From NCBI GenBank assembly GCA_964057225.1, contig OZ059900.1, forward strand, positions 9,052,001 to 9,116,000: a stretch of 64,000 nucleotides of DNA, given 5' to 3'. Below the pieces are notes generated by a model, which saw nothing but the letters and a program-made list of their open reading frames with translations, was not told where the DNA came from and did no database searches. Shown piece after piece: positions 12,901-27,900 of this stretch (positions within the stretch are counted from its first letter, which is position 1; each line of letters opens with the position of its first letter). The position numbers were made by a program, and so were the translations under genes. This stretch comes from Auanema rhodensis (taxonomy: Eukaryota > Animalia > Nematoda).

Positions 12901-15900
12901 ATCAATATGGAATTGTCTATAGTTTTTACTGTTACTTGTGATTCTATATAGATCTCTCTTTCTGTTTAATCATTTTCAGTATTGAATTGAATTGTTTCGA
13001 AAATTTTTATTTCTCTTGAAATTTCAATCGATATCATCTTTTACCTATACATGTTGTTTTGATAATCAATATGGAATTGTCTATAGTTTTTACTTTTACT
13101 TGTGATTCTATATAGATATTTTCTTCTCTTTAATCATCTTAAGTATTGAATTGAATTGTTTCGAAAATTTTTATTTCTCTTGAAATTTCAATCGATATCA
13201 TCTTTTACCTATACATGTTGTTTTGAAAATCAATATGGAATTGTCTATAGTTTTTACTTTTACTTGTGATTCTATATAGATCTCTCTTTCTGTTTAATCA
13301 TCTTCATTATTGAATTAAATTGTTTCGAAAATTTTTATTTCTCTTGAAATTTCAATCGATATCATCTCTTCCCTATACATGTTGTTTTGAAAATCAATAT
13401 GGAATTGTCTATAGTTTTTACTTTTACTTGTGATTCTATATAGATCTCTCTTTCTGTTTAATCATCTTCATTATTGAATTAAATTGTTTCGAAAATTTTT
13501 ATTTCTCTTGAAATTTCAATCGATATCATCTCTTCCCTATACATGTTGTTTTGAAAATCAATATGGAATTGTCTATAGTTTTTACTTTTACTTGTGATTC
13601 TATATAGATCTCTCTTTCTGTTTAATCATCTTCATTATTGAATTAAATTGTTTCGAAAATTTTTATTTCTCTTGAAATTTCAATCGATATCATCTTTTAC
13701 CTATACATGTTGTTTTGAAAATCAATATGGAATTGTCTATAGTTTTTACTTTTACTTGTGATTCTATATAGATCTCTCTTTCTGTTTAATCATCTTCATT
13801 ATTGAATTAAATTGTTTCGAAAATTTTTATTTCTCTTGAAATTTCAATCGATATCATCTTTTACCTATACATGTTGTTTTGAAAATCAATATGGAATTGT
13901 CTATAGTTTTTACTTTTACTTGTGATTCTATATAGATCTCTCTTTCTGTTTAATCATCTTCATTATTGAATTAAATTGTTTCGAAAATTTTTATTTCTCT
14001 TGAAATTTCAATCGATATCATCTCTTCCCTATACATGTTGTTTTGAAAATCAATATGGAATTGTCTATAGTTTTTACTTTTACTTGTGATTCTATATAGA
14101 TCTCTCTTTCTGTTTAATCATTTTCAGTATTGAATTGAATTGTTTCGAAAATTTTTATTTCTCTTGAAATTTCAATCGATATCATCTCTTCCCTATACAT
14201 GTTGTTTTGATAATCATTATGGAATTGTCTATAGTTTTTACTGTTACTTGTGATTCTATATAGATCTCTCTTTCTGTTTAATCATTTTCAGTATTGAATT
14301 GAATTGTTTCGAAAATTTTTATTTCTCTTGAAATTTCAATCGATATCATCTTTTACCTATACATGTTGTTTTGATAATCAATATGGAATTGTCTATAGTT
14401 TTTACTGTTACTTGTGATTCTATATAGATCTCTCTTTCTGTTTAATCATTTTCAGTATTGAATTGAATTGTTTCGAAAATTTTTATTTCTCTTGAAATTT
14501 CAATCGATATCATCTTTTACCTATACATGTTGTTTTGATAATCATTATGGAATTGTCTATAGTTTTTACTTTTACTTGTGATTCTATATAGATCTCTCTT
14601 TCTGTTTAATCATTTTCAGTATTGAATTGAATTGTTTCGAAAATTTTTATTTCTCTTGAAATTTCAATCGATATCATCTCTTCCCTATACATGTTGTTTT
14701 GATAATCAATATGGAATTGTCTATAGTTTTTACTGTTACTTGTGATTCTATATAGATCTCTCTTTCTGTTTAATCATTTTCAGTATTGAATTGAATTGTT
14801 TCGAAAATTTTTATTTCTCTTGAAATTTCAATCGATATCATCTTTTACCTATACATGTTGTTTTGATAATCAATATGGAATTGTCTATAGTTTTTACTGT
14901 TACTTGTGATTCTATATAGATCTCTCTTTCTGTTTAATCATTTTCAGTATTGAATTGAATTGTTTCGAAAATTTTTATTTCTCTTGAAATTTCAATCGAT
15001 ATCATCTTTTACCTATACATGTTGTTTTGATAATCAATATGGAATTGTCTATAGTTTTTACTGTTACTTGTGATTCTATATAGATCTCTCTTTCTGTTTA
15101 ATCATTTTCAGTATTGAATTGAATTGTTTCGAAAATTTTTATTTCTCTTGAAATTTCAATCGATATCATCTTTTACCTATACATGTTGTTTTGATAATCA
15201 ATATGGAATTGTCTATAGTTTTTACTGTTACTTGTGATTCTATATAGATCTCTCTTTCTGTTTAATCATTTTCAGTATTGAATTGAATTGTTTCGAAAAT
15301 TTTTATTTCTCTTGAAATTTCAATCGATATCATCTTTTACCTATACATGTTGTTTTGATAATCAATATGGAATTGTCTATAGTTTTTACTTTTACTTGTG
15401 ATTCTATATAGATCTCTCTTTCTGTTTAATCATTTTCAGTATTGAATTGAATTGTTTCGAAAATTTTTATTTCTCTTGAAATTTCAATCGATATCATCTT
15501 TTACCTATACATGTTGTTTTGATAATCATTATGGAATTGTCTATAGTTTTTACTTTTACTTGTGATTCTATATAGATCTCTCTTTCTGTTTAATCATTTT
15601 CAGTATTGAATTGAATTGTTTCGAAAATTTTTATTTCTCTTGAAATTTCAATCGATATCATCTCTTCCCTATACATGTTGTTTTGATAATCAATATGGAA
15701 TTGTGTATAGTTTTTACTGTTACTTGTGATTCTATATAGATCTCTCTTTCTGTTTAATCATTTTCAGTATTGAATTGAATTGTTTCGAAAATTTTTATTT
15801 CTCTTGAAATTTCAATCGATATCATCTTTTACCTATACATGTTGTTTTGATAATCATTATGGAATTGTCTATAGTTTTTACTTTTACTTGTGATTCTATA

Positions 15901-18900
15901 TAGATCTCTCTTTCTGTTTAATCATTTTCAGTATTGAATTGAATTGTTTCGAAAATTTTTATTTCTCTTGAAATTTCAATCGATATCATCTCTTCCCTAT
16001 ACATGTTGTTTTGATAATCAATATGGAATTGTGTATAGTTTTTACTGTTACTTGTGATTCTATATAGATCTCTCTTTCTGTTTAATCATTTTCAGTATTG
16101 AATTGAATTGTTTCGAAAATTTTTATTTCTCTTGAAATTTCAATCGATATCATCTTTTACCTATACATGTTGTTTTGATAATCATTATGGAATTGTCTAT
16201 AGTTTTTACTTTTACTTGTGATTCTATATAGATCTCTCTTTCTGTTTAATCATTTTCAGTATTGAATTGAATTGTTTCGAAAATTTTTATTTCTCTTGAA
16301 ATTTCAATCGATATCATCTCTTCCCTATACATGTTGTTTTGATAATCAATATGGAATTGTCTATAGTTTTTACTGTTACTTGTGATTCTATATAGATCTC
16401 TCTTTCTGTTTAATCATTTTCAGTATTGAATTGAATTGTTTCGAAAATTTTTATTTCTCTTGAAATTTCAATCGATATCATCTCTTCCCTATACATGTTG
16501 TTTTGATAATCAATATGGAATTGTCTATAGTTTTTACTGTTACTTGTGATTCTATATAGATCTCTCTTTCTGTTTAATCATTTTCAGTATTGAATTGAAT
16601 TGTTTCGAAAATTTTTATTTCTCTTGAAATTTCAATCGATATCATCTCTTCCCTATACATGTTGTTTTGATAATCAATATGGAATTGTCTATAGTTTTTA
16701 CTGTTACTTGTGATTCTATATAGATCTCTCTTTCTGTTTAATCATTTTCAGTATTGAATTGAATTGTTTCGAAAATTTTTATTTCTCTTGAAATTTCAAT
16801 CGATATCATCTCTTCCCTATACATGTTGTTTTGATAATCAATATGGAATTGTCTATAGTTTTTACTGTTACTTGTGATTCTATATAGATCTCTCTTTCTG
16901 TTTAATCATTTTCAGTATTGAATTGAATTGTTTCGAAAATTTTTATTTCTCTTGAAATTTCAATCGATATCATCTCTTCCCTATACATGTTGTTTTGATA
17001 ATCAATATGGAATTGTCTATAGTTTTTACTGTTACTTGTGATTCTATATAGATCTCTCTTTCTGTTTAATCATTTTCAGTATTGAATTGAATTGTTTCGA
17101 AAATTTTTATTTCTCTTGAAATTTCAATCGATATCATCTTTTACCTATACATGTTGTTTTGATAATCATTATGGAATTGTCTATAGTTTTTACTTTTACT
17201 TGTGATTCTATATAGATCTCTCTTTCTGTTTAATCATTTTCAGTATTGAATTGAATTGTTTCGAAAATTTTTATTTCTCTTGAAATTTCAATCGATATCA
17301 TCTCTTCCCTATACATGTTGTTTTGATAATCAATATGGAATTGTCTATAGTTTTTACTTTTACTTGTGATTCTATATAGATCTCTCTTTCTGTTTAATCA
17401 TTTTCAGTATTGAATTGAATTGTTTCGAAAATTTTTATTTCTCTTGAAATTTCAATCGATATCATCTCTTCCCTATACATGTTGTTTTGATAATCAATAT
17501 GGAATTGTCTATAGTTTTTACTGTTACTTGTGATTCTATATAGATCTCTCTTTCTGTTTAATCATTTTCAGTATTGAATTGAATTGTTTCGAAAATTTTT
17601 ATTTCTCTTGAAATTTCAATCGATATCATCTCTTCCCTATACATGTTGTTTTGATAATCAATATGGAATTGTCTATAGTTTTTACTGTTACTTGTGATTC
17701 TATATAGATCTCTCTTTCTGTTTAATCATTTTCAGTATTGAATTGAATTGTTTCGAAAATTTTTATTTCTCTTGAAATTTCAATCGATATCATCTTTTAC
17801 CTATACATGTTGTTTTGATAATCATTATGGAATTGTCTATAGTTTTTACTTTTACTTGTGATTCTATATAGATCTCTCTTTCTGTTTAATCATTTTCAGT
17901 ATTGAATTGAATTGTTTCGAAAATTTTTATTTCTCTTGAAATTTCAATCGATATCATCTCTTCCCTATACATGTTGTTTTGATAATCAATATGGAATTGT
18001 CTATAGTTTTTACTGTTACTTGTGATTCTATATAGATCTCTCTTTCTGTTTAATCATTTTCAGTATTGAATTGAATTGTTTCGAAAATTTTTATTTCTCT
18101 TGAAATTTCAATCGATATCATCTTTTACCTATACATGTTGTTTTGATAATCAATATGGAATTGTCTATAGTTTTAACTGTTACTTGTAATTCTCTATAGA
18201 TCTCTCTTTCTGTTTAATCATTTTCAGTATTGAATTGAATTGTTTCGAAAATTTTTATTTCTCTTGAAATTTCAATCGATATCATCTCTTCCCTATACAT
18301 GTTGTTTTGAAAATCAATATGGAATTGTCTATAGTTTCGACTGTTACTTGTGATTCTATATAGATCTCTCTTTCTGTTTAATCATTTTCAGTATTGAATT
18401 GAATTGTTTCGAAAATTTTTATTTCTCTTGAAATTTCAATCGATATCATCTTTTACCTATACATGTTGTTTTGAAAATCAATATGGAATTGTCTATAGTT
18501 TTTACTGTTACTTGTGATTCTATATAGATCTCTCTTTCTGTTTAATCATTTTCAGTATTGAATTGAATTGTTTCGAAAATTTTTATTTCTCTTGAAATTT
18601 CAATCGATATCATCTCTTCCCTATACATGTTGTTTTGAAAATCAATATGGAATTGTCTATAGTTTTTACTGTTACTTGTGATTCTATATAGATCTCTCTT
18701 TCTGTTTAATCATTTTCAGTATTGAATTGAATTGTTTCGAAAATTTTTATTTCTCTTGAAATTTCAATCGATATCATCTCTTCCCTATACATGTTGTTTT
18801 GAAAATCAATATGGAATTGTCTATAGTTTTAACTGTTACTTGTAATTCTCTATAGATCTCTCTTTCTGTTTAATCATTTTCAGTATTGAATTGTATTGTT

Positions 18901-21900
18901 TCGAAACTTTTTATTTCTCTTGAAATTTCAATCGATATCATCTTTTACCTATACATGTTGTTTTGAAAATCAATATGGAATTGTCTATAGTTTTTACTGT
19001 TACTTGTGATTCTATATAGATCTCTCTTTCTGTTTAATCATTTTCAGTATTGAATTGAATTGTTTCGAAAATTTTTATTTCTCTTGAAATTTCAATCGAT
19101 ATCATCTCTTCCCTATACATGTTGTTTTGAAAATCAATATGGAATTGTCTATAGTTTTTACTGTTACTTGTGATTCTATATAGATCTCTCTTTCTGTTTA
19201 ATCATTTTCAGTATTGAATTGAATTGTTTCGAAAATTTTTATTTCTCTTGAAATTTCAATCGATATCATCTCTTCCCTATACATGTTGTTTTGAAAATCA
19301 ATATGGAATTGTCTATAGTTTTAACTGTTACTTGTAATTCTCTATAGATCTCTCTTTCTGTTTAATCATTTTCAGTATTGAATTGTATTGTTTCGAAACT
19401 TTTTATTTCTCTTGAAATTTCAATCGATATCATCTTTTACCTATACATGTTGTTTTGAAAATCAATATGGAATTGTCTATAGTTTTTACTGTTACTTGTA
19501 ATTCTCTATAGATCTCTCTTTCTGTTTAATCATTTTCAGTATTGAATTGTATTGTTTCGAAACTTTTTATTTCTCTTGAAATTTCAATCGATATCATCTT
19601 TTACCTATACATGTTGTTTTGAAAATCAATATGGAATTGTCTATAGTTTTTACTGTTACTTGTGATTCTATATAGATCTCTCTTTCTGTTTAATCATTTT
19701 CAGTATTGAATTGAATTGTTTCGAAAATTTTTATTTCTCTTGAAATTTCAATCGATATCATCTCTTCCCTATACATGTTGTTTTGAAAATCAATATGGAA
19801 TTGTCTATAGTTTTTACTGTTACTTGTGATTCTATATAGATCTCTCTTTCTGTTTAATCATTTTCAGTATTGAATTGAATTGTTTCGAAAATTTTTATTT
19901 CTCTTGAAATTTCAATCGATATCATCTCTTCCCTATACATGTTGTTTTGAAAATCAATATGGAATTGTCTATAGTTTTAACTGTTACTTGTAATTCTCTA
20001 TAGATCTCTCTTTCTGTTTAATCATTTTCAGTATTGAATTGTATTGTTTCGAAACTTTTTATTTCTCTTGAAATTTCAATCGATATCATCTTTTACCTAT
20101 ACATGTTGTTTTGAAAATCAATATGGAATTGTCTATAGTTTTTACTGTTACTTGTGATTCTATATAGATCTCTCTTTCTGTTTAATCATTTTCAGTATTG
20201 AATTGAATTGTTTCGAAAATTTTTATTTCTCTTGAAATTTCAATCGATATCATCTCTTCCCTATACATGTTGTTTTGATAATCAATATGGAATTGTCTAT
20301 AGTTTTAACTGTTACTTGTAATTCTCTATAGATCTCTCTTTCTGTTTAATCATTTTCAGTATTGAATTGAATTGTTTCGAAAATTTTTATTTCTCTTGAA
20401 ATTTCAATCGATATCATCTCTTCCCTATACATGTTGTTTTGAAAATCAATATGGAATTGTCTATAGTTTCGACTGTTACTTGTGATTCTATATAGATCTC
20501 TCTTTCTGTTTAATCATTTTCAGTATTGAATTGAATTGTTTCGAAAATTTTTATTTCTCTTGAAATTTCAATCGATATCATCTCTTCCCTATACATGTTG
20601 TTTTGAAAATCAATATGGAATTGTCTATAGTTTCGACTGTTACTTGTGATTCTATATAGATCTCTCTTTCTGTTTAATCATTTTCAGTATTGAATTGAAT
20701 TGTTTCGAAAATTTTTATTTCTCTTGAAATTTCAATCGATATCATCTCTTCCCTATACATGTTGTTTTGATAATCAATATGGAATTGTCTATAGTTTTTA
20801 CTGTTACTTGTGATTCTATATAGATCTCTCTTTCTGTTTAATCATTTTCAGTATTGAATTGAATTGTTTCGAAAATTTTTATTTCTCTTGAAATTTCAAT
20901 CGATATCATCTCTTCCCTATACATGTTGTTTTGAAAATCAATATGGAATTGTCTATAGTTTCGACTGTTACTTGTGATTCTATATAGATCTCTCTTTCTG
21001 TTTAATCATTTTCAGTATTGAATTGAATTGTTTCGAAAATTTTTATTTCTCTTGAAATTTCAATCGATATCATCTTTTACCTATACATGTTGTTTTGATA
21101 ATCAATATGGAATTGTCTATAGTTTCGACTGTTACTTGTAATTCTCTATAGATCTCTCTTTCTGTTTAATCATTTTCAGTATTGAATTGAATTGTTTCGA
21201 AAATTTTTATTTCTCTTGAAATTTCAATCGATATCATCTTTTACCTATACATGTTGTTTTGAAAATCAATATGGAATTGTCTATAGTTTCGACTGTTACT
21301 TGTGATTCTATATAGATCTCTCTTTCTGTTTAATCATTTTCAGTATTGAATTGAATTGTTTCGAAAATTTTTATTTCTCTTGAAATTTCAATCGATATCA
21401 TCTTTTACCTATACATGTTGTTTTGATAATCAATATGGAATTGTCTATAGTTTTAACTGTTACTTGTAATTCTCTATAGATCTCTCTTTCTGTTTAATCA
21501 TTTTCAGTATTGAATTGAATTGTTTCGAAAATTTTTATTTCTCTTGAAATTTCAATCGATATCATCTTTTACCTATACATGTTGTTTTGATAATCAATAT
21601 GGAATTGTCTATAGTTTCGACTGTTACTTGTGATTCTATATAGATCTCTCTTTCTGTTTAATCATTTTCAGTATTGAATTGAATTGTTTCGAAAATTTTT
21701 ATTTCTCTTGAAATTTCAATCGATATCATCTTTTACCTATACATGTTGTTTTGAAAATCAATATGGAATTGTCTATAGTTTCGACTGTTACTTGTGATTC
21801 TATATAGATCTCTCTTTCTGTTTAATCATTTTCAGTATTGAATTGAATTGTTTCGAAAATTTTTATTTCTCTTGAAATTTCAATCGATATCATCTCTTCC

Positions 21901-24900
21901 CTATACATGTTGTTTTGATAATCATTATGGAATTGTCTATAGTTTTTCCTTTTACTTGTGATTCTATATAGATCTCTCTTTCTGTTTAATCATTTTCAGT
22001 ATTGAATTGAATTGTTTCGAAAATTTTTATTTCTCTTGAAATTTCAATCGATATCATCTCTTCCCTATACATGTTGTTTTGATAATCATTATGGAATTGT
22101 CTATAGTTTTTCCTTTTACTTGTGATTCTATATAGATCTCTCTTTCTGTTTAATCATTTTCAGTATTGAATTGAATTGTTTCGAAAATTTTTATTTCTCT
22201 TGAAATTTCAATCGATATCATCTCTTCCCTATACATGTTGTTTTGATAATCAATATGGAATTGTCTATAGTTTCGACTGTTACTTGTGATTCTATATAGA
22301 TCTCTCTTTCTGTTTAATCATTTTCAGTATTGAATTGAATTGTTTCGAAAATTTTTATTTCTCTTGAAATTTCAATCGATATCATCTCTTCCCTATACAT
22401 GTTGTTTTGATAATCATTATGGAATTGTCTATAGTTTTTCCTTTTACTTGTGATTCTATATAGATCTCTCTTTCTGTTTAATCATTTTCAGTATTGAATT
22501 GAATTGTTTCGAAAATTTTTATTTCTCTTGAAATTTCAATCGATATCATCTCTTCCCTATACATGTTGTTTTGATAATCAATATGGAATTGTCTATAGTT
22601 TCGACTGTTACTTGTGATTCTATATAGATCTCTCTTTCTGTTTAATCATTTTCAGTATTGAATTGAATTGTTTCGAAAATTTTTATTTCTCTTGAAATTT
22701 CAATCGATATCATCTCTTCCCTATACATGTTGTTTTGATAATCAATATGGAATTGTCTATAGTTTCGACTGTTACTTGTGATTCTATATAGATCTCTCTT
22801 TCTGTTTAATCATTTTCAGTATTGAATTGAATTGTTTCGAAAATTTTTATTTCTCTTGAAATTTCAATCGATATCATCTTTTACCTATACATGTTGTTTT
22901 GAAAATCAATATGGAATTGTCTATAGTTTCGACTGTTACTTGTGATTCTATATAGATCTCTCTTTCTGTTTAATCATTTTCAGTATTGAATTGAATTGTT
23001 TCGAAAATTTTTATTTCTCTTGAAATTTCAATCGATATCATCTTTTACCTATACATGTTGTTTTGAAAATCAATATGGAATTGTCTATAGTTTCGACTGT
23101 TACTTGTGATTCTATATAGATCTCTCTTTCTGTTTAATCATTTTCAGTATTGAATTGAATTGTTTCGAAAATTTTTATTTCTCTTGAAATTTCAATCGAT
23201 ATCATCTTTTACCTATACATGTTGTTTTGATAATCAATATGGAATTGTCTATAGTTTCGACTGTTACTTGTGATTCTATATAGATCTCTCTTTCTGTTTA
23301 ATCATTTTCAGTATTGAATTGAATTGTTTCGAAAATTTTTATTTCTCTTGAAATTTCAATCGATATCATCTCTTCCCTATACATGTTGTTTTGATAATCA
23401 ATATGGAATTGTCTATAGTTTTTACTGTTACTTGTGATTCTATATAGATCTCTCTTTCTGTTTAATCATTTTCAGTATTGAATTGAATTGTTTCGAAAAT
23501 TTTTATTTCTCTTGAAATTTCAATCGATATCATCTCTTCCCTATACATGTTGTTTTGAAAATCAATATGGAATTGTCTATAGTTTCGACTGTTACTTGTG
23601 ATTCTATATAGATCTCTCTTTCTGTTTAATCATTTTCAGTATTGAATTGAATTGTTTCGAAAATTTTTATTTCTCTTGAAATTTCAATCGATATCATCTT
23701 TTACCTATACATGTTGTTTTGATAATCAATATGGAATTGTCTATAGTTTCGACTGTTACTTGTAATTCTCTATAGATCTCTCTTTCTGTTTAATCATTTT
23801 CAGTATTGAATTGAATTGTTTCGAAAATTTTTATTTCTCTTGAAATTTCAATCGATATCATCTTTTACCTATACATGTTGTTTTGAAAATCAATATGGAA
23901 TTGTCTATAGTTTCGACTGTTACTTGTGATTCTATATAGATCTCTCTTTCTGTTTAATCATTTTCAGTATTGAATTGAATTGTTTCGAAAATTTTTATTT
24001 CTCTTGAAATTTCAATCGATATCATCTTTTACCTATACATGTTGTTTTGATAATCAATATGGAATTGTCTATAGTTTTAACTGTTACTTGTAATTCTCTA
24101 TAGATCTCTCTTTCTGTTTAATCATTTTCAGTATTGAATTGAATTGTTTCGAAAATTTTTATTTCTCTTGAAATTTCAATCGATATCATCTTTTACCTAT
24201 ACATGTTGTTTTGATAATCAATATGGAATTGTCTATAGTTTCGACTGTTACTTGTGATTCTATATAGATCTCTCTTTCTGTTTAATCATTTTCAGTATTG
24301 AATTGAATTGTTTCGAAAATTTTTATTTCTCTTGAAATTTCAATCGATATCATCTTTTACCTATACATGTTGTTTTGAAAATCAATATGGAATTGTCTAT
24401 AGTTTCGACTGTTACTTGTGATTCTATATAGATCTCTCTTTCTGTTTAATCATTTTCAGTATTGAATTGAATTGTTTCGAAAATTTTTATTTCTCTTGAA
24501 ATTTCAATCGATATCATCTCTTCCCTATACATGTTGTTTTGATAATCATTATGGAATTGTCTATAGTTTTTCCTTTTACTTGTGATTCTATATAGATCTC
24601 TCTTTCTGTTTAATCATTTTCAGTATTGAATTGAATTGTTTCGAAAATTTTTATTTCTCTTGAAATTTCAATCGATATCATCTCTTCCCTATACATGTTG
24701 TTTTGATAATCATTATGGAATTGTCTATAGTTTTTCCTTTTACTTGTGATTCTATATAGATCTCTCTTTCTGTTTAATCATTTTCAGTATTGAATTGAAT
24801 TGTTTCGAAAATTTTTATTTCTCTTGAAATTTCAATCGATATCATCTCTTCCCTATACATGTTGTTTTGATAATCAATATGGAATTGTCTATAGTTTCGA

Positions 24901-27900
24901 CTGTTACTTGTGATTCTATATAGATCTCTCTTTCTGTTTAATCATTTTCAGTATTGAATTGAATTGTTTCGAAAATTTTTATTTCTCTTGAAATTTCAAT
25001 CGATATCATCTCTTCCCTATACATGTTGTTTTGATAATCATTATGGAATTGTCTATAGTTTTTCCTTTTACTTGTGATTCTATATAGATCTCTCTTTCTG
25101 TTTAATCATTTTCAGTATTGAATTGAATTGTTTCGAAAATTTTTATTTCTCTTGAAATTTCAATCGATATCATCTCTTCCCTATACATGTTGTTTTGATA
25201 ATCAATATGGAATTGTCTATAGTTTCGACTGTTACTTGTGATTCTATATAGATCTCTCTTTCTGTTTAATCATTTTCAGTATTGAATTGAATTGTTTCGA
25301 AAATTTTTATTTCTCTTGAAATTTCAATCGATATCATCTCTTCCCTATACATGTTGTTTTGATAATCAATATGGAATTGTCTATAGTTTCGACTGTTACT
25401 TGTGATTCTATATAGATCTCTCTTTCTGTTTAATCATTTTCAGTATTGAATTGAATTGTTTCGAAAATTTTTATTTCTCTTGAAATTTCAATCGATATCA
25501 TCTTTTACCTATACATGTTGTTTTGAAAATCAATATGGAATTGTCTATAGTTTCGACTGTTACTTGTGATTCTATATAGATCTCTCTTTCTGTTTAATCA
25601 TTTTCAGTATTGAATTGAATTGTTTCGAAAATTTTTATTTCTCTTGAAATTTCAATCGATATCATCTTTTACCTATACATGTTGTTTTGAAAATCAATAT
25701 GGAATTGTCTATAGTTTCGACTGTTACTTGTGATTCTATATAGATCTCTCTTTCTGTTTAATCATTTTCAGTATTGAATTGAATTGTTTCGAAAATTTTT
25801 ATTTCTCTTGAAATTTCAATCGATATCATCTTTTACCTATACATGTTGTTTTGAAAATCAATATGGAATTGTCTATAGTTTCGACTGTTACTTGTGATTC
25901 TATATAGATCTCTCTTTCTGTTTAATCATTTTCAGTATTGAATTGAATTGTTTCGAAAATTTTTATTTCTCTTGAAATTTCAATCGATATCATCTTTTAC
26001 CTATACATGTTGTTTTGAAAATCAATATGGAATTGTCTATAGTTTCGACTGTTACTTGTGATTCTATATAGATCTCTCTTTCTGTTTAATCATTTTCAGT
26101 ATTGAATTGAATTGTTTCGAAAATTTTTATTTCTCTTGAAATTTCAATCGATATCATCTTTTACCTATACATGTTGTTTTGAAAATCAATATGGAATTGT
26201 CTATAGTTTCGACTGTTACTTGTGATTCTATATAGATCTCTCTTTCTGTTTAATCATTTTCAGTATTGAATTGAATTGTTTCGAAAATTTTTATTTCTCT
26301 TGAAATTTCAATCGATATCATCTTTTACCTATACATGTTGTTTTGAAAATCAATATGGAATTGTCTATAGTTTCGACTGTTACTTGTGATTCTATATAGA
26401 TCTCTCTTTCTGTTTAATCATTTTCAGTATTGAATTGAATTGTTTCGAAAATTTTTATTTCTCTTGAAATTTCAATCGATATCATCTTTTACCTATACAT
26501 GTTGTTTTGAAAATCAATATGGAATTGTCTATAGTTTCGACTGTTACTTGTGATTCTATATAGATCTCTCTTTCTGTTTAATCATTTTCAGTATTGAATT
26601 GAATTGTTTCGAAAATTTTTATTTCTCTTGAAATTTCAATCGATATCATCTCTTTCCTATACATGTTGTTTTGAAAATCAATATGGAATTGTCTATAGTT
26701 TCGACTGTTACTTGTGATTCTATATAGATCTCTCTTTCTGTTTAATCATTTTCAGTATTGAATTGAATTGTTTCGAAAATTTTTATTTCTCTTGAAATTT
26801 CAATCGATATCATCTCTTCCCTATACATGTTGTTTTGATAATCATTATGGAATTGTCTATAGTTTTTCCTTTTACTTGTGATTCTATATAGATCTCTCTT
26901 TCTGTTTAATCATTTTCAGTATTGAATTGAATTGTTTCGAAAATTTTTATTTCTCTTGAAATTTCAATCGATATCATCTCTTTCCTATACATGTTGTTTT
27001 GATAATCAATATGGAATTGTCTATAGTTTCGACTGTTACTTGTGATTCTATATAGATCTCTCTTTCTGTTTAATCATTTTCAGTATTGAATTGAATTGTT
27101 TCGAAAATTTTTATTTCTCTTGAAATTTCAATCGATATCATCTCTTCCCTATACATGTTGTTTTGATAATCATTATGGAATTGTCTATAGTTTTTCCTTT
27201 TACTTGTGATTCTATATAGATCTCTCTTTCTGTTTAATCATTTTCAGTATTGAATTGAATTGTTTCGAAAATTTTTATTTCTCTTGAAATTTCAATCGAT
27301 ATCATCTCTTCCCTATACATGTTGTTTTGATAATCAATATGGAATTGTCTATAGTTTCGACTGTTACTTGTGATTCTATATAGATCTCTCTTTCTGTTTA
27401 ATCATTTTCAGTATTGAATTGAATTGTTTCGAAAATTTTTATTTCTCTTGAAATTTCAATCGATATCATCTCTTCCCTATACATGTTGTTTTGATAATCA
27501 TTATGGAATTGTCTATAGTTTTTCCTTTTACTTGTGATTCTATATAGATCTCTCTTTCTGTTTAATCATTTTCAGTATTGAATTGAATTGTTTCGAAAAT
27601 TTTTATTTCTCTTGAAATTTCAATCGATATCATCTCTTCCCTATACATGTTGTTTTGATAATCAATATGGAATTGTCTATAGTTTCGACTGTTACTTGTG
27701 ATTCTATATAGATCTCTCTTTCTGTTTAATCATTTTCAGTATTGAATTGAATTGTTTCGAAAATTTTTATTTCTCTTGAAATTTCAATCGATATCATCTC
27801 TTCCCTATACATGTTGTTTTGATAATCAATATGGAATTGTCTATAGTTTCGACTGTTACTTGTGATTCTATATAGATCTCTCTTTCTGTTTAATCATTTT

